Origin: an uncultured Lentisphaerota bacterium
GTDB lineage: Bacteria; Verrucomicrobiota; Kiritimatiellia; CAIQIC01
Length of the DNA stretch: 64,000 nt
NCBI GenBank assembly: GCA_903896925.1
Contig: CAITZM010000052.1
Coordinates: forward strand, 75,375 to 139,374
Direction: 5' to 3'
Position numbers and translations under genes: made by a program. This document shows positions 9,183 to 17,155 of this stretch, in pieces. The notes under the pieces are model-generated. The model worked only from the letters and a program-made list of their open reading frames with translations. It ran no database searches and was not told where the DNA came from. How positions within the stretch are numbered: the stretch's first letter is position 1; each line of letters opens with the position of its first letter.

Positions 9183-10747
9183 TTCTTGCCACGACGTTTC
9201 TGCGCAGCCGGCGCTTCATGCGGGTAGCGGATCACGTTCACATCATTCGTCTGCAACGTGCCAGGCGTGCTGCGGCCGTTGGCGACGAGTTGGTCCATCA
9301 GCGCCGACATTTCGGCGACGAGTTCAGGTTTTTGCGCGGCGAGGTTCTTCGTTTCACCGATGTCGTCATCGAGATTGTAGAGCTGCACCTTGGTCTTCAC
9401 GGCGGGATCCGGCGCGAAGATGAGCTTCCACGGACCCCGGCGCAAGCCGGGCGTGCCGGCGGCAGCGCAGCTCACGGCGTTTGCGCGCACCGGCTTGTCC
9501 GCGCCTTTGAGCAGCGGCAAGAAACTGAAGCTGTCCTCGCCCGCGTTGTCGGGCAACTTGGCGCCCCAGATATCCGCGAGGGTCGCGAGGACGTCCGCTT
9601 GATGTACAAGCTGTTTGCACACGCTGCCGGGCTGCACGAAGCCGGGCCAGCGGACGATGAACGGTTCGCGGTGGCCGCCCTCGAACACCGAGGTCTTGTA
9701 GCCACGCAACGGGCCACTGGGGAAATGTCCCAGCTTTTCCAATTCGGCCGCGCCGGTGTAGGCCGCCTTGCCGTTATCGGCGGTGAAGAGCACGAGCGTG
9801 TTCGCCGCCGCACCGGATTTTTCCAGCGCTTCGAGCACGCGCCCGATGACCGCATCGGTCTCCATCAAGAAGTCGGCGTAGGTGAGCAGGCCGCTCTTGC
9901 CTTTCCATTCGTCGGTGACGGCCAGCGGCTCGTGCGGCGCGGTCAGTGGCAGATAGAGCAGGAACGGCTGCTGCGCCTTGGCCTGCCGCGTGATAAAATC
10001 CGCCGCGCGGTCGCCGAGCGCCGGAAGAATCTTTTCCAAATTCCAGTCCTTCAGCGCCGGCCCGTTCTGGCTCGCCAGATGATTTTTCAACTGGCTCGGC
10101 GGCAGGAATTCCGACGGGATGCCGACCGTGCGGTCGTTCTCGATGAAGCAATACGGCGGCCAGTTAGGAACATCGGTACCGAAATATTCATCGAAGCCGC
10201 GCGCCGTCGGGCCGCCGGGGATCGGCTTGGAGAAAACATCGCTCCAGACTGCGCGCTGCTCGTCGGGTACCTTGCCCTCGTCATCCTTGCCGCGCGGTTT
10301 GCGGAACAGTTCGCGCTTGTTCTCCGGGATCGGCCAGTCGCGGCCGAGATGCCACTTGCCGATGCACGCCGTCGCATAGCCCTGCTGCTTGGCGAGCGTG
10401 CCGAGGGTCATCCGGTCCGGCGCGATCAACGGCGCGCCGAAGACGCCGACGATGCCGCTCTGCAAACGCGTCCGCCAGTGATAGCGACCGGTGAGCAGCG
10501 CGTAGCGCGAAGGCGAACACACGCCCGACGACGAGTGGCCGTCGGTGAAGCGCATCCCTTGCGACGCCAGCCGATCCAGGTTCGGCGTCGGAATTTTCCC
10601 GCGCTGCGGGTTGTAGCACTGCACATCGCCATAGCCGACGTCATCGGCGAGGATGACCAAAATGTTCGGCCTATCCGCAGGCGCGGCGCCGACAGAAAGC
10701 AGCCCGAACAGCACGCCGCACAGCAGCCCCTTCATCATTTTCTGCAT
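9179..10747 (-). CDS. S1-family sulfatase (CSPSR)
   Basis: ATG at 10747 verified; ATGA overlap of its stop with the 7461..9182 start. MQKMMKGLLCGVLFGLLSVGAAPADRPNILVILADDVGYGD...SSGVCSPSRYALLTGR. Confidence 0.9.
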   Translation of the reverse strand: MQKMMKGLLCGVLFGLLSVGAAPADRPNILVILADDVGYGDVQCYNPQRGKIPTPNLDRLASQGMRFTDGHSSSGVCSPSRYALLTGRYHWRTRLQSGIVGVFGAPLIAPDRMTLGTLAKQQGYATACIGKWHLGRDWPIPENKRELFRKPRGKDDEGKVPDEQRAVWSDVFSKPIPGGPTARGFDEYFGTDVPNWPPYCFIENDRTVGIPSEFLPPSQLKNHLASQNGPALKDWNLEKILPALGDRAADFITRQAKAQQPFLLYLPLTAPHEPLAVTDEWKGKSGLLTYADFLMETDAVIGRVLEALEKSGAAANTLVLFTADNGKAAYTGAAELEKLGHFPSGPLRGYKTSVFEGGHREPFIVRWPGFVQPGSVCKQLVHQADVLATLADIWGAKLPDNAGEDSFSFLPLLKGADKPVRANAVSCAAAGTPGLRRGPWKLIFAPDPAVKTKVQLYNLDDDIGETKNLAAQKPELVAEMSALMDQLVANGRSTPGTLQTNDVNVIRYPHEAPAAQKRRGKK

Positions 10748-10881
10748 ATTCGTTTCTCCGGGAGCAACGGACTGTTTTTACTGCCAAAGTCGCCGACGCC
10801 TGCGCAGATTTTTTTGCCGGGTCGGCTTGCCCGCCTCAGGTGGGGGACCCGGCCTACAAGCAGCGCGGGCAAGTCCCACCC

Positions 10882-12498
10882 TCATTCCTCCGCCGCGCCG
10901 GCGGACTGGTCGCCGGCGGCTTGCGCCTTGTTTTTCCGACCCTGTTTGCCGGCACGGTTCTTCCCCTTCGCTGGCCGGTCGTATTCCGCCATCAGCTTCT
11001 CCTTGGCTTCGCGCAGCAGTTCCGGCTTATCGCGATGCGCAAATGCCTCGGCGAGCGGATCGCCGGTGCGCCGCAGCAGCGCGAGCAGGTCGGCGCGCAG
11101 CGTGGCGATCTCCGCCTGCCGCTCCGGCGCGGCGATGAGGTTCCTGCGCTCGCACGGGTCGCCGGTGAGGTCGTAGTACTCCTCCGGCACGCGGTAGAGA
11201 TAGAAGTCGGTGCGCTGTTTGATGGCGGGATTGGTCGCTGCGGCGGCGAGCATGGCTTTCCACGTCACGCCACCCATATTCTCGGCCTTGTATTCCATCT
11301 TGCCGTCGGACCATGCGTTCCAGATGTAGGCGCGCTCCTTCGTGCGGAGGCAGCGCATGAGCAGCCAGTTGCGCCCCGCGGACTGGTTATAGAAGGTGAA
11401 GACGCGGTCCCAGCCCGCCATGACCTCACCCCTGAGCGCGGGAAGGAACGAGCGGCCGTCGAGGTCGGCGAGCGGCTGCGCGCCCGCCACCGCGATCAGC
11501 GTCGGCGTGAAATCGATGGTGGACACCAGGTGGTGTGTGTCCACCGCTCCCGGCTTGATCACGCCGGGCCAGCGCAGGAACAGCGCGCCGCGCGAGCTGT
11601 TCTCGTAGTCGTTCGACTTGGCAAAGGGGAACGACATGCCGTGGTCGCCGGCATAGACCATGACCAGCGTCTTCTCGCGCAGGCCGGACTCGTCGAGCGC
11701 CTTGAGCACCGCGCCCACGCTGTCATCGAGCCGGCGGCACGAGGTGTAATAGCAGGCGAGCTCCCGGCGGATGCCGGGCAGGTCTTCGAGGAAGCCGGGC
11801 ACGCCGGTCACCTCGTCGGGCTTGATCCAACGGCTGGGCGGCTCGCCGCCCGCCAGATCTTTGGGCCCGTTGGCGCCGATGAACGGACGATGCGGGTCGG
11901 TGCAATTGACGTGGTGAAAGAACGGCTTGCCCTGTGTTTTCGATAGTGCGAGGAATTCCTTGGTGTCAGCACCGAGCGCACCCGGATGTCGGCCGTTTTT
12001 CGGGCGCGAGAAATCCACGCAGAAATGCTCGAACGGCTGATAGTGAGGATGCTTGCCCCCGCACATCGAAATCAGGTAGCCGGCGTCGTGCAGTTGCTGG
12101 TTGAGCGTGCGGATCTCCGGCTTGAGCGGGAAGAAGCCCATCGCGCCGTTGCGATGCGGATAGAGGCCCGTGTGCATGATCTCGCGCACCGGCTGGCACA
12201 CCGCGACCGTCGAGTAGGCCTGCTGGAACCGCAGCCCCTCCTCCGCCAGCCGGTTCAGGTTCGGCGTGAGGTCCTTGATCGGCCCGCCGTAGGCGTTCGA
12301 CGAATCGAAGTTCATGTCGTCGGCGGTGATGAAGACGATATTCGGACGCTGCGGCTTGCCGCTCTTGTCCGCCACAGCCTGGGCGGTGGCGGCTTCCACG
12401 GGTGGACTTCCGGCTGGGACCGCTCTCCCCAAGATCGGCAGGCTTAGCGCGCCGAGACCGGCGAGCTTCAGGAAATCACGGCGCGAGGTGGTGGTCAT
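10882..12498 (-). CDS. S1-family sulfatase with Tat signal (CQPVR variant of CxPxR)
   Basis: ORF 10882..12576; ATG at 12498 verified (MTTTSRRDFLKLAGLGALSLPILG, Tat). IVFITADDMNFDS...TPNLNRLA...VAVCQPVREIMHTG. Confidence 0.85.
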   Translation of the reverse strand: MTTTSRRDFLKLAGLGALSLPILGRAVPAGSPPVEAATAQAVADKSGKPQRPNIVFITADDMNFDSSNAYGGPIKDLTPNLNRLAEEGLRFQQAYSTVAVCQPVREIMHTGLYPHRNGAMGFFPLKPEIRTLNQQLHDAGYLISMCGGKHPHYQPFEHFCVDFSRPKNGRHPGALGADTKEFLALSKTQGKPFFHHVNCTDPHRPFIGANGPKDLAGGEPPSRWIKPDEVTGVPGFLEDLPGIRRELACYYTSCRRLDDSVGAVLKALDESGLREKTLVMVYAGDHGMSFPFAKSNDYENSSRGALFLRWPGVIKPGAVDTHHLVSTIDFTPTLIAVAGAQPLADLDGRSFLPALRGEVMAGWDRVFTFYNQSAGRNWLLMRCLRTKERAYIWNAWSDGKMEYKAENMGGVTWKAMLAAAATNPAIKQRTDFYLYRVPEEYYDLTGDPCERRNLIAAPERQAEIATLRADLLALLRRTGDPLAEAFAHRDKPELLREAKEKLMAEYDRPAKGKNRAGKQGRKNKAQAAGDQSAGAAEE

Positions 12499-12502
12499 GG
12501 TG

Positions 12503-14164
12503 TCACTTTTTCTTTTTGGCGCCGGCAGGGCGGATTTCTTCGCCCCAGTCGTTGCGAATGAAGCCTTCCCAGTCATCGACGAAGCTCGTTGCGGCCCAGT
12601 CGGTCCACTGCTGGATCAGGTGCTGCGACATCGCGGGAAACTTGGCGATGACGTTGTGCTGCTCGGTGCGGTCCTCGACGATGTTGAAGAGTTCCCACTC
12701 GCCCTTGAATTTCATCACCGCTTTCCACGGGCCGCAGCGGATGGCACGGTTGCCTTCGTGCTCCCAAAAGATCGGCTTCACGCGATGCAACGGCTCGCCC
12801 TTGAACGCGGGCACGAGGCTGAGCCCTTCGCGCGGCAGGATGCGATGGCCCTTGAATTCCGCTGGGTAGAGCGCGCCGGTCACCTCGCAGGCGGTGGCCA
12901 TGATGTCGATCAGATGCCCGGGCTGCGGCTCCAATTTGCCGTTGCGCGCCGCCGGGATACCGGCGGGCCAGTGGGCGATCAGCGGCGTGCTGACGCCGCC
13001 TTCGTGCGTGAAGTGCTTGTAGCGACGGAGCGGCGTGTTGTTCAGCGTGGCCCAGCTCATGCCAAGAAAGACGCGGCTGTCCGGCCCGCCGAGGGGTTCG
13101 CCTTCGGTGATGCCGCGCGGCCCGCCCTCGGCATTGCCGCCGTTGTCGCTCATAAACAGGATGAGCGTATTGTCCAGCAGGCCGCGCTCCTTCAGGCCGG
13201 CAACCATGCGGCCGACGCTCTGGTCAATGCAGTCGATCATCGCCGCATAGACCGCCATGATGTTGTCGAAGCGGTCCTGTTCCGCCGCACTCAAGCTGTC
13301 CCACGCCGCCACGTCCGCCGGACGCGGCGCGAGGGGCCACTTGGGATCCACGATGCCGAGTTCGACCTGCTTCGCGTGGCGGACTTCACGCAGCTTGTCC
13401 CAGCCGGCTTTGTACTTGCCGCGATACTTCGCGATCACCTCAGCTGGCGCCTTGAGCGGGAAGTGCGGCGCGCCGTGCGCGAAGTAGAGAAAAAACGGCT
13501 TTCCCCGCCCTGAGCCTGTCGAAGGGTGCTGCGCCTGGGCATCGTCCACGAATTTCAGCGCCCAGTCGGTGAACATGCTCGTCGCGTACCAGTCGCCCGT
13601 GCCGACCTCCGGCGAGTCCGCCGGCACCTTGCGGCCGTCGAGATAGACCCACTTGCAGGCTTCCCGGCTCTTTTCCTTCGGGAAATACAGCTCGCCGAAC
13701 TGCGTCGTCGCCGTGCGCTGGAAGCCGCGTTCCCATGGCGGCGTACCGTTCTGCTGGCCGAGGTGCCACTTGCCGACGATGGACGTGTGATAGCCCGCGC
13801 TGCCGAGCACCTCCGCCATCGTCACGCAGCGGTCATGCAACCGGCCGTGCGTGCCCTTGGAGTCCGGCTTGCACAGCCCGTCGAGGAACCCCATGCCCGC
13901 CTGGTGCGGATAGAGGCCCGTCATCAACGCCGCCCGCGACGTGCTACACCGCGCGGTGTTATAGAACTGCGTGAAGCGCACGCCGCCGCCCGCCAGCTTG
14001 TCGAGATTGGGCGTGGGAATTTCCGAGCCGTAGCAGCCAAGGTCAGAGAAGCCCATGTCGTCCACCAGGATCAGCAGGATGTTCGGACGCGCAGGCTCGG
14101 CGGCGCGGAGTTCAGCCGGCGGCGCGAGCGCCAGCGCGGCAAGCATGAGCAAAAGCTGTTTCAT
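12503..14164 (-). CDS. sulfatase-family protein with non-canonical active-site motif C-S-T-S-R
   Basis: ORF 12503..14932; ATG at 14164 verified (MKQLLLMLAALALAPPAELRAAEP). LLILVDDMGFSDLGCYG...TPNLDKLA...TARCSTSRAALMTG. Codons tgt-agc-acg-tcg-cgg were confirmed on the minus strand. Upstream 768 nt of the track ORF is Arg-rich and overlaps the next gene. Confidence 0.8.
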   Translation of the reverse strand: MKQLLLMLAALALAPPAELRAAEPARPNILLILVDDMGFSDLGCYGSEIPTPNLDKLAGGGVRFTQFYNTARCSTSRAALMTGLYPHQAGMGFLDGLCKPDSKGTHGRLHDRCVTMAEVLGSAGYHTSIVGKWHLGQQNGTPPWERGFQRTATTQFGELYFPKEKSREACKWVYLDGRKVPADSPEVGTGDWYATSMFTDWALKFVDDAQAQHPSTGSGRGKPFFLYFAHGAPHFPLKAPAEVIAKYRGKYKAGWDKLREVRHAKQVELGIVDPKWPLAPRPADVAAWDSLSAAEQDRFDNIMAVYAAMIDCIDQSVGRMVAGLKERGLLDNTLILFMSDNGGNAEGGPRGITEGEPLGGPDSRVFLGMSWATLNNTPLRRYKHFTHEGGVSTPLIAHWPAGIPAARNGKLEPQPGHLIDIMATACEVTGALYPAEFKGHRILPREGLSLVPAFKGEPLHRVKPIFWEHEGNRAIRCGPWKAVMKFKGEWELFNIVEDRTEQHNVIAKFPAMSQHLIQQWTDWAATSFVDDWEGFIRNDWGEEIRPAGAKKKK

Positions 14165-14226
14165 CGTTGTTCCTTCAGCGGCCTTTCGTCGCGGCATAGT
14201 AACTGGAGACCGGAAGCTCAACCAAG

Positions 14227-17109
14227 TTATTCCTCCCGGATCAGGAACAGCGCGTCCTTCGGCTCGAGCGTCACGCGGGCTGCCACCGGGCGGCCGTTGT
14301 TGGTCACCGGATCCTGCTGCGCGCAACCTGGCAACCGCCGGAAATGCTGGCCGGGTGCAAGCGCAGCCAAATCGAAGGTGTAGGGCTGCAGGCCGGGATT
14401 GGCGAGGACGAGGCCATGCTCGAACGGGCGCAACATGGCGTCTGGATGCGCATGCACGCTGAGCTTCTCGATCGTGACCGGCTCCCCGCCCTCGATGTTG
14501 AAGGCCAGGTTCACTTGGGCGGAATGGATCCCGCGGAAATAGAAGGAGGCGGTGAACGACCGGTCGTTCACCCAGGTCATATAGGCCTTGGCCGGCGTAT
14601 CGGTCGCCTCGGTGGTGCCGGAGGCGCCGATCCGCACATCGCCCCAGAAGCCATGGTCGGTCGTCGCGTTGTCGTGCGGACCGCAGTCGGCGACGAATTT
14701 CAAACGCACGTTTTTCTTTGCCCACGCGGCAAGCGGTACGGCGCAGGCGATCCATTCGTGGGCCTTCGTCGACTGCTCGAAAATCTTCGTGTAGGCACCC
14801 GGCCGGCCGGCGTTGAGTTCCGCCGCCCAGACCTGGAACCAGACGCCGTCGGAACGCGCCGGGCTCTTTTCGCCCATCCCCAGGCTGAACCGCAGTTCGG
14901 CGGCCTCGGGCATCTCGACATCCCGGCACCAATAGACATACCCTTTCGCGCCTTGGAAGGGCGGATGGATCGCGTAGCCCGCCAGCGTCCGCGCGCCGAT
15001 GGTTTCACGCGGACGGTACTGGACCCGCGCGCCGGTCTGCGGATCCAGCGGCGCCTCGCCTTTTCCGCGGACACACATCCCCACGTCGGCAGGCGCCTTG
15101 CCCATCAAGCCCACCGAGCCACCGGAGACCTCCAGATGCGCCAGCCGGGCGACTTCCCGCGGGTAGCCGTGGAGCGGCTCGCCTTTCAGCGTGACCAGCA
15201 CCATAAGGTCGCTGCCGTGCGTCGGGATCCCGGGGATGGAGAAATTCAGTGACTTGGCCTGCGGATTCTTGGCCGTCACCACGAAACCATCGGCGACCGC
15301 GCGGGCCGTCACCCCGCCACGGACGCGCTCCGCCAGACCGGCGGACGGCAGGAGATTCGGCGTCGCGGCCGCGAGGTGCTGTGCTGCGCCCGTCGGCCGC
15401 CCCAGCCAGCCCAGCCGGTTGGCCGTCCCACAGCGGAGTTCGTCCCAGATGCCGAGCTTTCCTTTTTCGGCCGGCGGCGGGAACGAATAGCAGAGCATCG
15501 CGTCGGTGAACTGCGCGGCGGCGAAGACCAGCCGATGCCGGGCCAGCGGCACCTCGGGGTTCTTGTGCTCGCCCGGTTGCCCCGGGATCGGCTCGATCCA
15601 TTTGTGGTTGATGTAGTTGAACACCGGCGGCCGCGCGTTGGCCTGCCAGAAGAGATGGCGGTTCAACCCGCCGCTCCAGTCATCCATTTCCCACTGGTTA
15701 AGATTGGGCCAGCCTTCGCTTTCGATGCCGTTGAGCAAGCCAAAGGCGCGCTGCGAACGGGCGCCGTCCGGCCCCAGCGCGCCGTCGCCCTGGATGATGA
15801 ACGCGTCGCCCATCCGCGCGCGGAGCTCGCGCGCGAACTCGACCGTCCCGATGCCGTACTGGTTCACGCCCGCAAAGATGCCATCGTCGGGCACGCCATC
15901 GCCATCGGTATCGCCGTGCGTCTCGTGGAAGAACACATCGAATTCGAGTCCGTCGAACGCCGCCAGTTTTCCGCCCGGCCCGAACCACGCGGCCAGATCA
16001 TCCACCAGCAGGTCCGTACAGGTGCGCCCTTGCGCGTCCTTGGGACAGGAGCGGCTGAAGTTGTAATACCAGAGGAGATTGTTGTTCTTGCCCCACGGTC
16101 CTTCGGCCATGTGCGCAGCGGCGCGACTCTGGCCGGCGCGGAACGCCAGCGGCTTGGTGCCGTAGCAGCCGCGCTTCACGCGAATGGTGTCGGCCTTCTG
16201 GTCCACGGCGAGGAGTTGTACCTGCTCGCAGCGGGTCCAGTCGTGCTTGCCCTCCGGCGTGAGCGCGAACAGACCGATGTCGTCGTTCGAGGTTTTGTAG
16301 CGTCCGCTGTTGACCTTGAAGTCCTGCGCATTCTTGACGTGGATCACCGACTCGCCGGACTCGGCGGGGACATCCGCCGTGATCGCGGTCGCTTCGCGGT
16401 AGATCCAGTGCCCGGCCAGATACCGCCCGGTGTGGTGGCGCGGGTCCCGGGAGTTGCCGTTGAAGTGCAACAGCACGATCTGCCGGGGATGCTCCGCCTT
16501 GAAGCGGCTGAACCATTCCGGGTTGTGCGCCTCACGGCCGAGGACTTCCTCGTCGAGGCACTTGCCCATGATCCCCATCAACCGGCTGAACTCGCCATCC
16601 CACTTTTCATAGCTGCCGTTCGGCCTGCTGGGTCCGCCTTCCGACCCGCGGAAAAAGAAGACGCGCGGATAGTCAGGACCAAGGACGGTCAGCTCGTCCA
16701 GCTTGCGAGGCTGCACCGCGGGCTGCGCTACGGCGTCTTCCAAGCATGGGAAAACGATGAGGGCCAGAGTTCCAAGGCTCCTGAAAACCGCAGTTAGCCA
16801 GAACGATTGCAGTTGGCCGCGGCGTTCCGACCGTGAAGACGCCGATGGTTGCCGCACGGTGCGACCGACACTGTTTCGTGCATAGCGCGACCCGATAGGA
16901 CTGGCCCGGAGCGGCGGCACTCCTGCCGCCGTGGTCAGAACATCGGGCGCGGGCCTTGCTCGCACCGCGCGCGCAAAACCGTGGTGGGTCGTGGCTGTTT
17001 CGGCGGCAGGAGTGCCGCCGCTCCGAAGCAACCAAGCCAGACATCCAGTTGCTGTTTTCAGGAGGCTTGGAAAAAGCCGTGCAGGGGCCCGTAGTGGGTG
17101 GTGCTTCAT
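14227..17109 (-). CDS. large secreted hypothetical protein (possible uncharacterised glycoside-hydrolase-like enzyme); start uncertain
   Basis: ORF open 14227..17109 with ATG at 17109. Codons ~16771-17072 are occupied by the nested inverted-repeat element, so the first ~110 residues are probably not genuine protein. A signal-peptide-like LGTLALIVFPCLEDAVAQP lies just 3' of the element but has no in-frame ATG/GTG. Alternatives are CTG at 16812 or ATG at 16578 (MGIMGK). The mature region (FFFRGSEGGPSRPNGSYEKWDGEF... DGDGVPDD ...) has no family I can name. Confidence 0.5.
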   Translation of the reverse strand: MKHHPLRAPARLFPSLLKTATGCLAWLLRSGGTPAAETATTHHGFARAVRARPAPDVLTTAAGVPPLRASPIGSRYARNSVGRTVRQPSASSRSERRGQLQSFWLTAVFRSLGTLALIVFPCLEDAVAQPAVQPRKLDELTVLGPDYPRVFFFRGSEGGPSRPNGSYEKWDGEFSRLMGIMGKCLDEEVLGREAHNPEWFSRFKAEHPRQIVLLHFNGNSRDPRHHTGRYLAGHWIYREATAITADVPAESGESVIHVKNAQDFKVNSGRYKTSNDDIGLFALTPEGKHDWTRCEQVQLLAVDQKADTIRVKRGCYGTKPLAFRAGQSRAAAHMAEGPWGKNNNLLWYYNFSRSCPKDAQGRTCTDLLVDDLAAWFGPGGKLAAFDGLEFDVFFHETHGDTDGDGVPDDGIFAGVNQYGIGTVEFARELRARMGDAFIIQGDGALGPDGARSQRAFGLLNGIESEGWPNLNQWEMDDWSGGLNRHLFWQANARPPVFNYINHKWIEPIPGQPGEHKNPEVPLARHRLVFAAAQFTDAMLCYSFPPPAEKGKLGIWDELRCGTANRLGWLGRPTGAAQHLAAATPNLLPSAGLAERVRGGVTARAVADGFVVTAKNPQAKSLNFSIPGIPTHGSDLMVLVTLKGEPLHGYPREVARLAHLEVSGGSVGLMGKAPADVGMCVRGKGEAPLDPQTGARVQYRPRETIGARTLAGYAIHPPFQGAKGYVYWCRDVEMPEAAELRFSLGMGEKSPARSDGVWFQVWAAELNAGRPGAYTKIFEQSTKAHEWIACAVPLAAWAKKNVRLKFVADCGPHDNATTDHGFWGDVRIGASGTTEATDTPAKAYMTWVNDRSFTASFYFRGIHSAQVNLAFNIEGGEPVTIEKLSVHAHPDAMLRPFEHGLVLANPGLQPYTFDLAALAPGQHFRRLPGCAQQDPVTNNGRPVAARVTLEPKDALFLIREE
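16771..17072. repeat. nested inverted-repeat element (REP/BIME- or MITE-like), copy 1
   Basis: Outer 18-bp IR TCCAAGGCTCCTGAAAAC ... GTTTTCAGGAGGCTTGGA. Inner perfect 25-bp IR CGGAGCGGCGGCACTCCTGCCGCCG (16906-16931) / CGGCGGCAGGAGTGCCGCCGCTCCG (17001-17025). Each inner arm is itself a hairpin (CGGCGGCA-CTCC-TGCCGCCG). A second copy lies at 47838-48060. Confidence 0.6.
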
Positions 17110-17155
17110 TTCTGGTTTTCGGTGTTTCGTTGCCGTCGTGGAGCCGTGCCGCGAG

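Noticed and set aside
6060-9227. Very long plus-strand ORFs (e.g. 6060..9227 1055 aa, 28027..31206 1059 aa, 48325..51405 1026 aa, 9173..11176, 12314..13513, 15376..16797, 40369..41832)
   Set aside because: All lie antisense to well-supported minus-strand genes, are Arg/Ala/Gly-rich and low in complexity, and lack motifs. Stop-free antisense frames are expected at ~65% GC with GC3-biased codons.
10885-10905. GC palindrome CCGCCGCGCCGGCGG as a terminator
   Set aside because: It lies inside the 3' coding end of sulfatase 10882..12498 (…SAGAAEE*) and is not followed by a U-tract on the transcribed strand.
14165-14932. N-terminal extensions of track ORFs beyond the first good ATG (12503..14932, 24708..26999, 3104..4798, 4492..6276, 26231..28123, 44969..46612, etc.)
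   Set aside because: The extensions are Arg-rich, overlap the upstream gene, and the ATGs giving canonical signal peptides lie downstream. The track also writes M for GTG/TTG starts.
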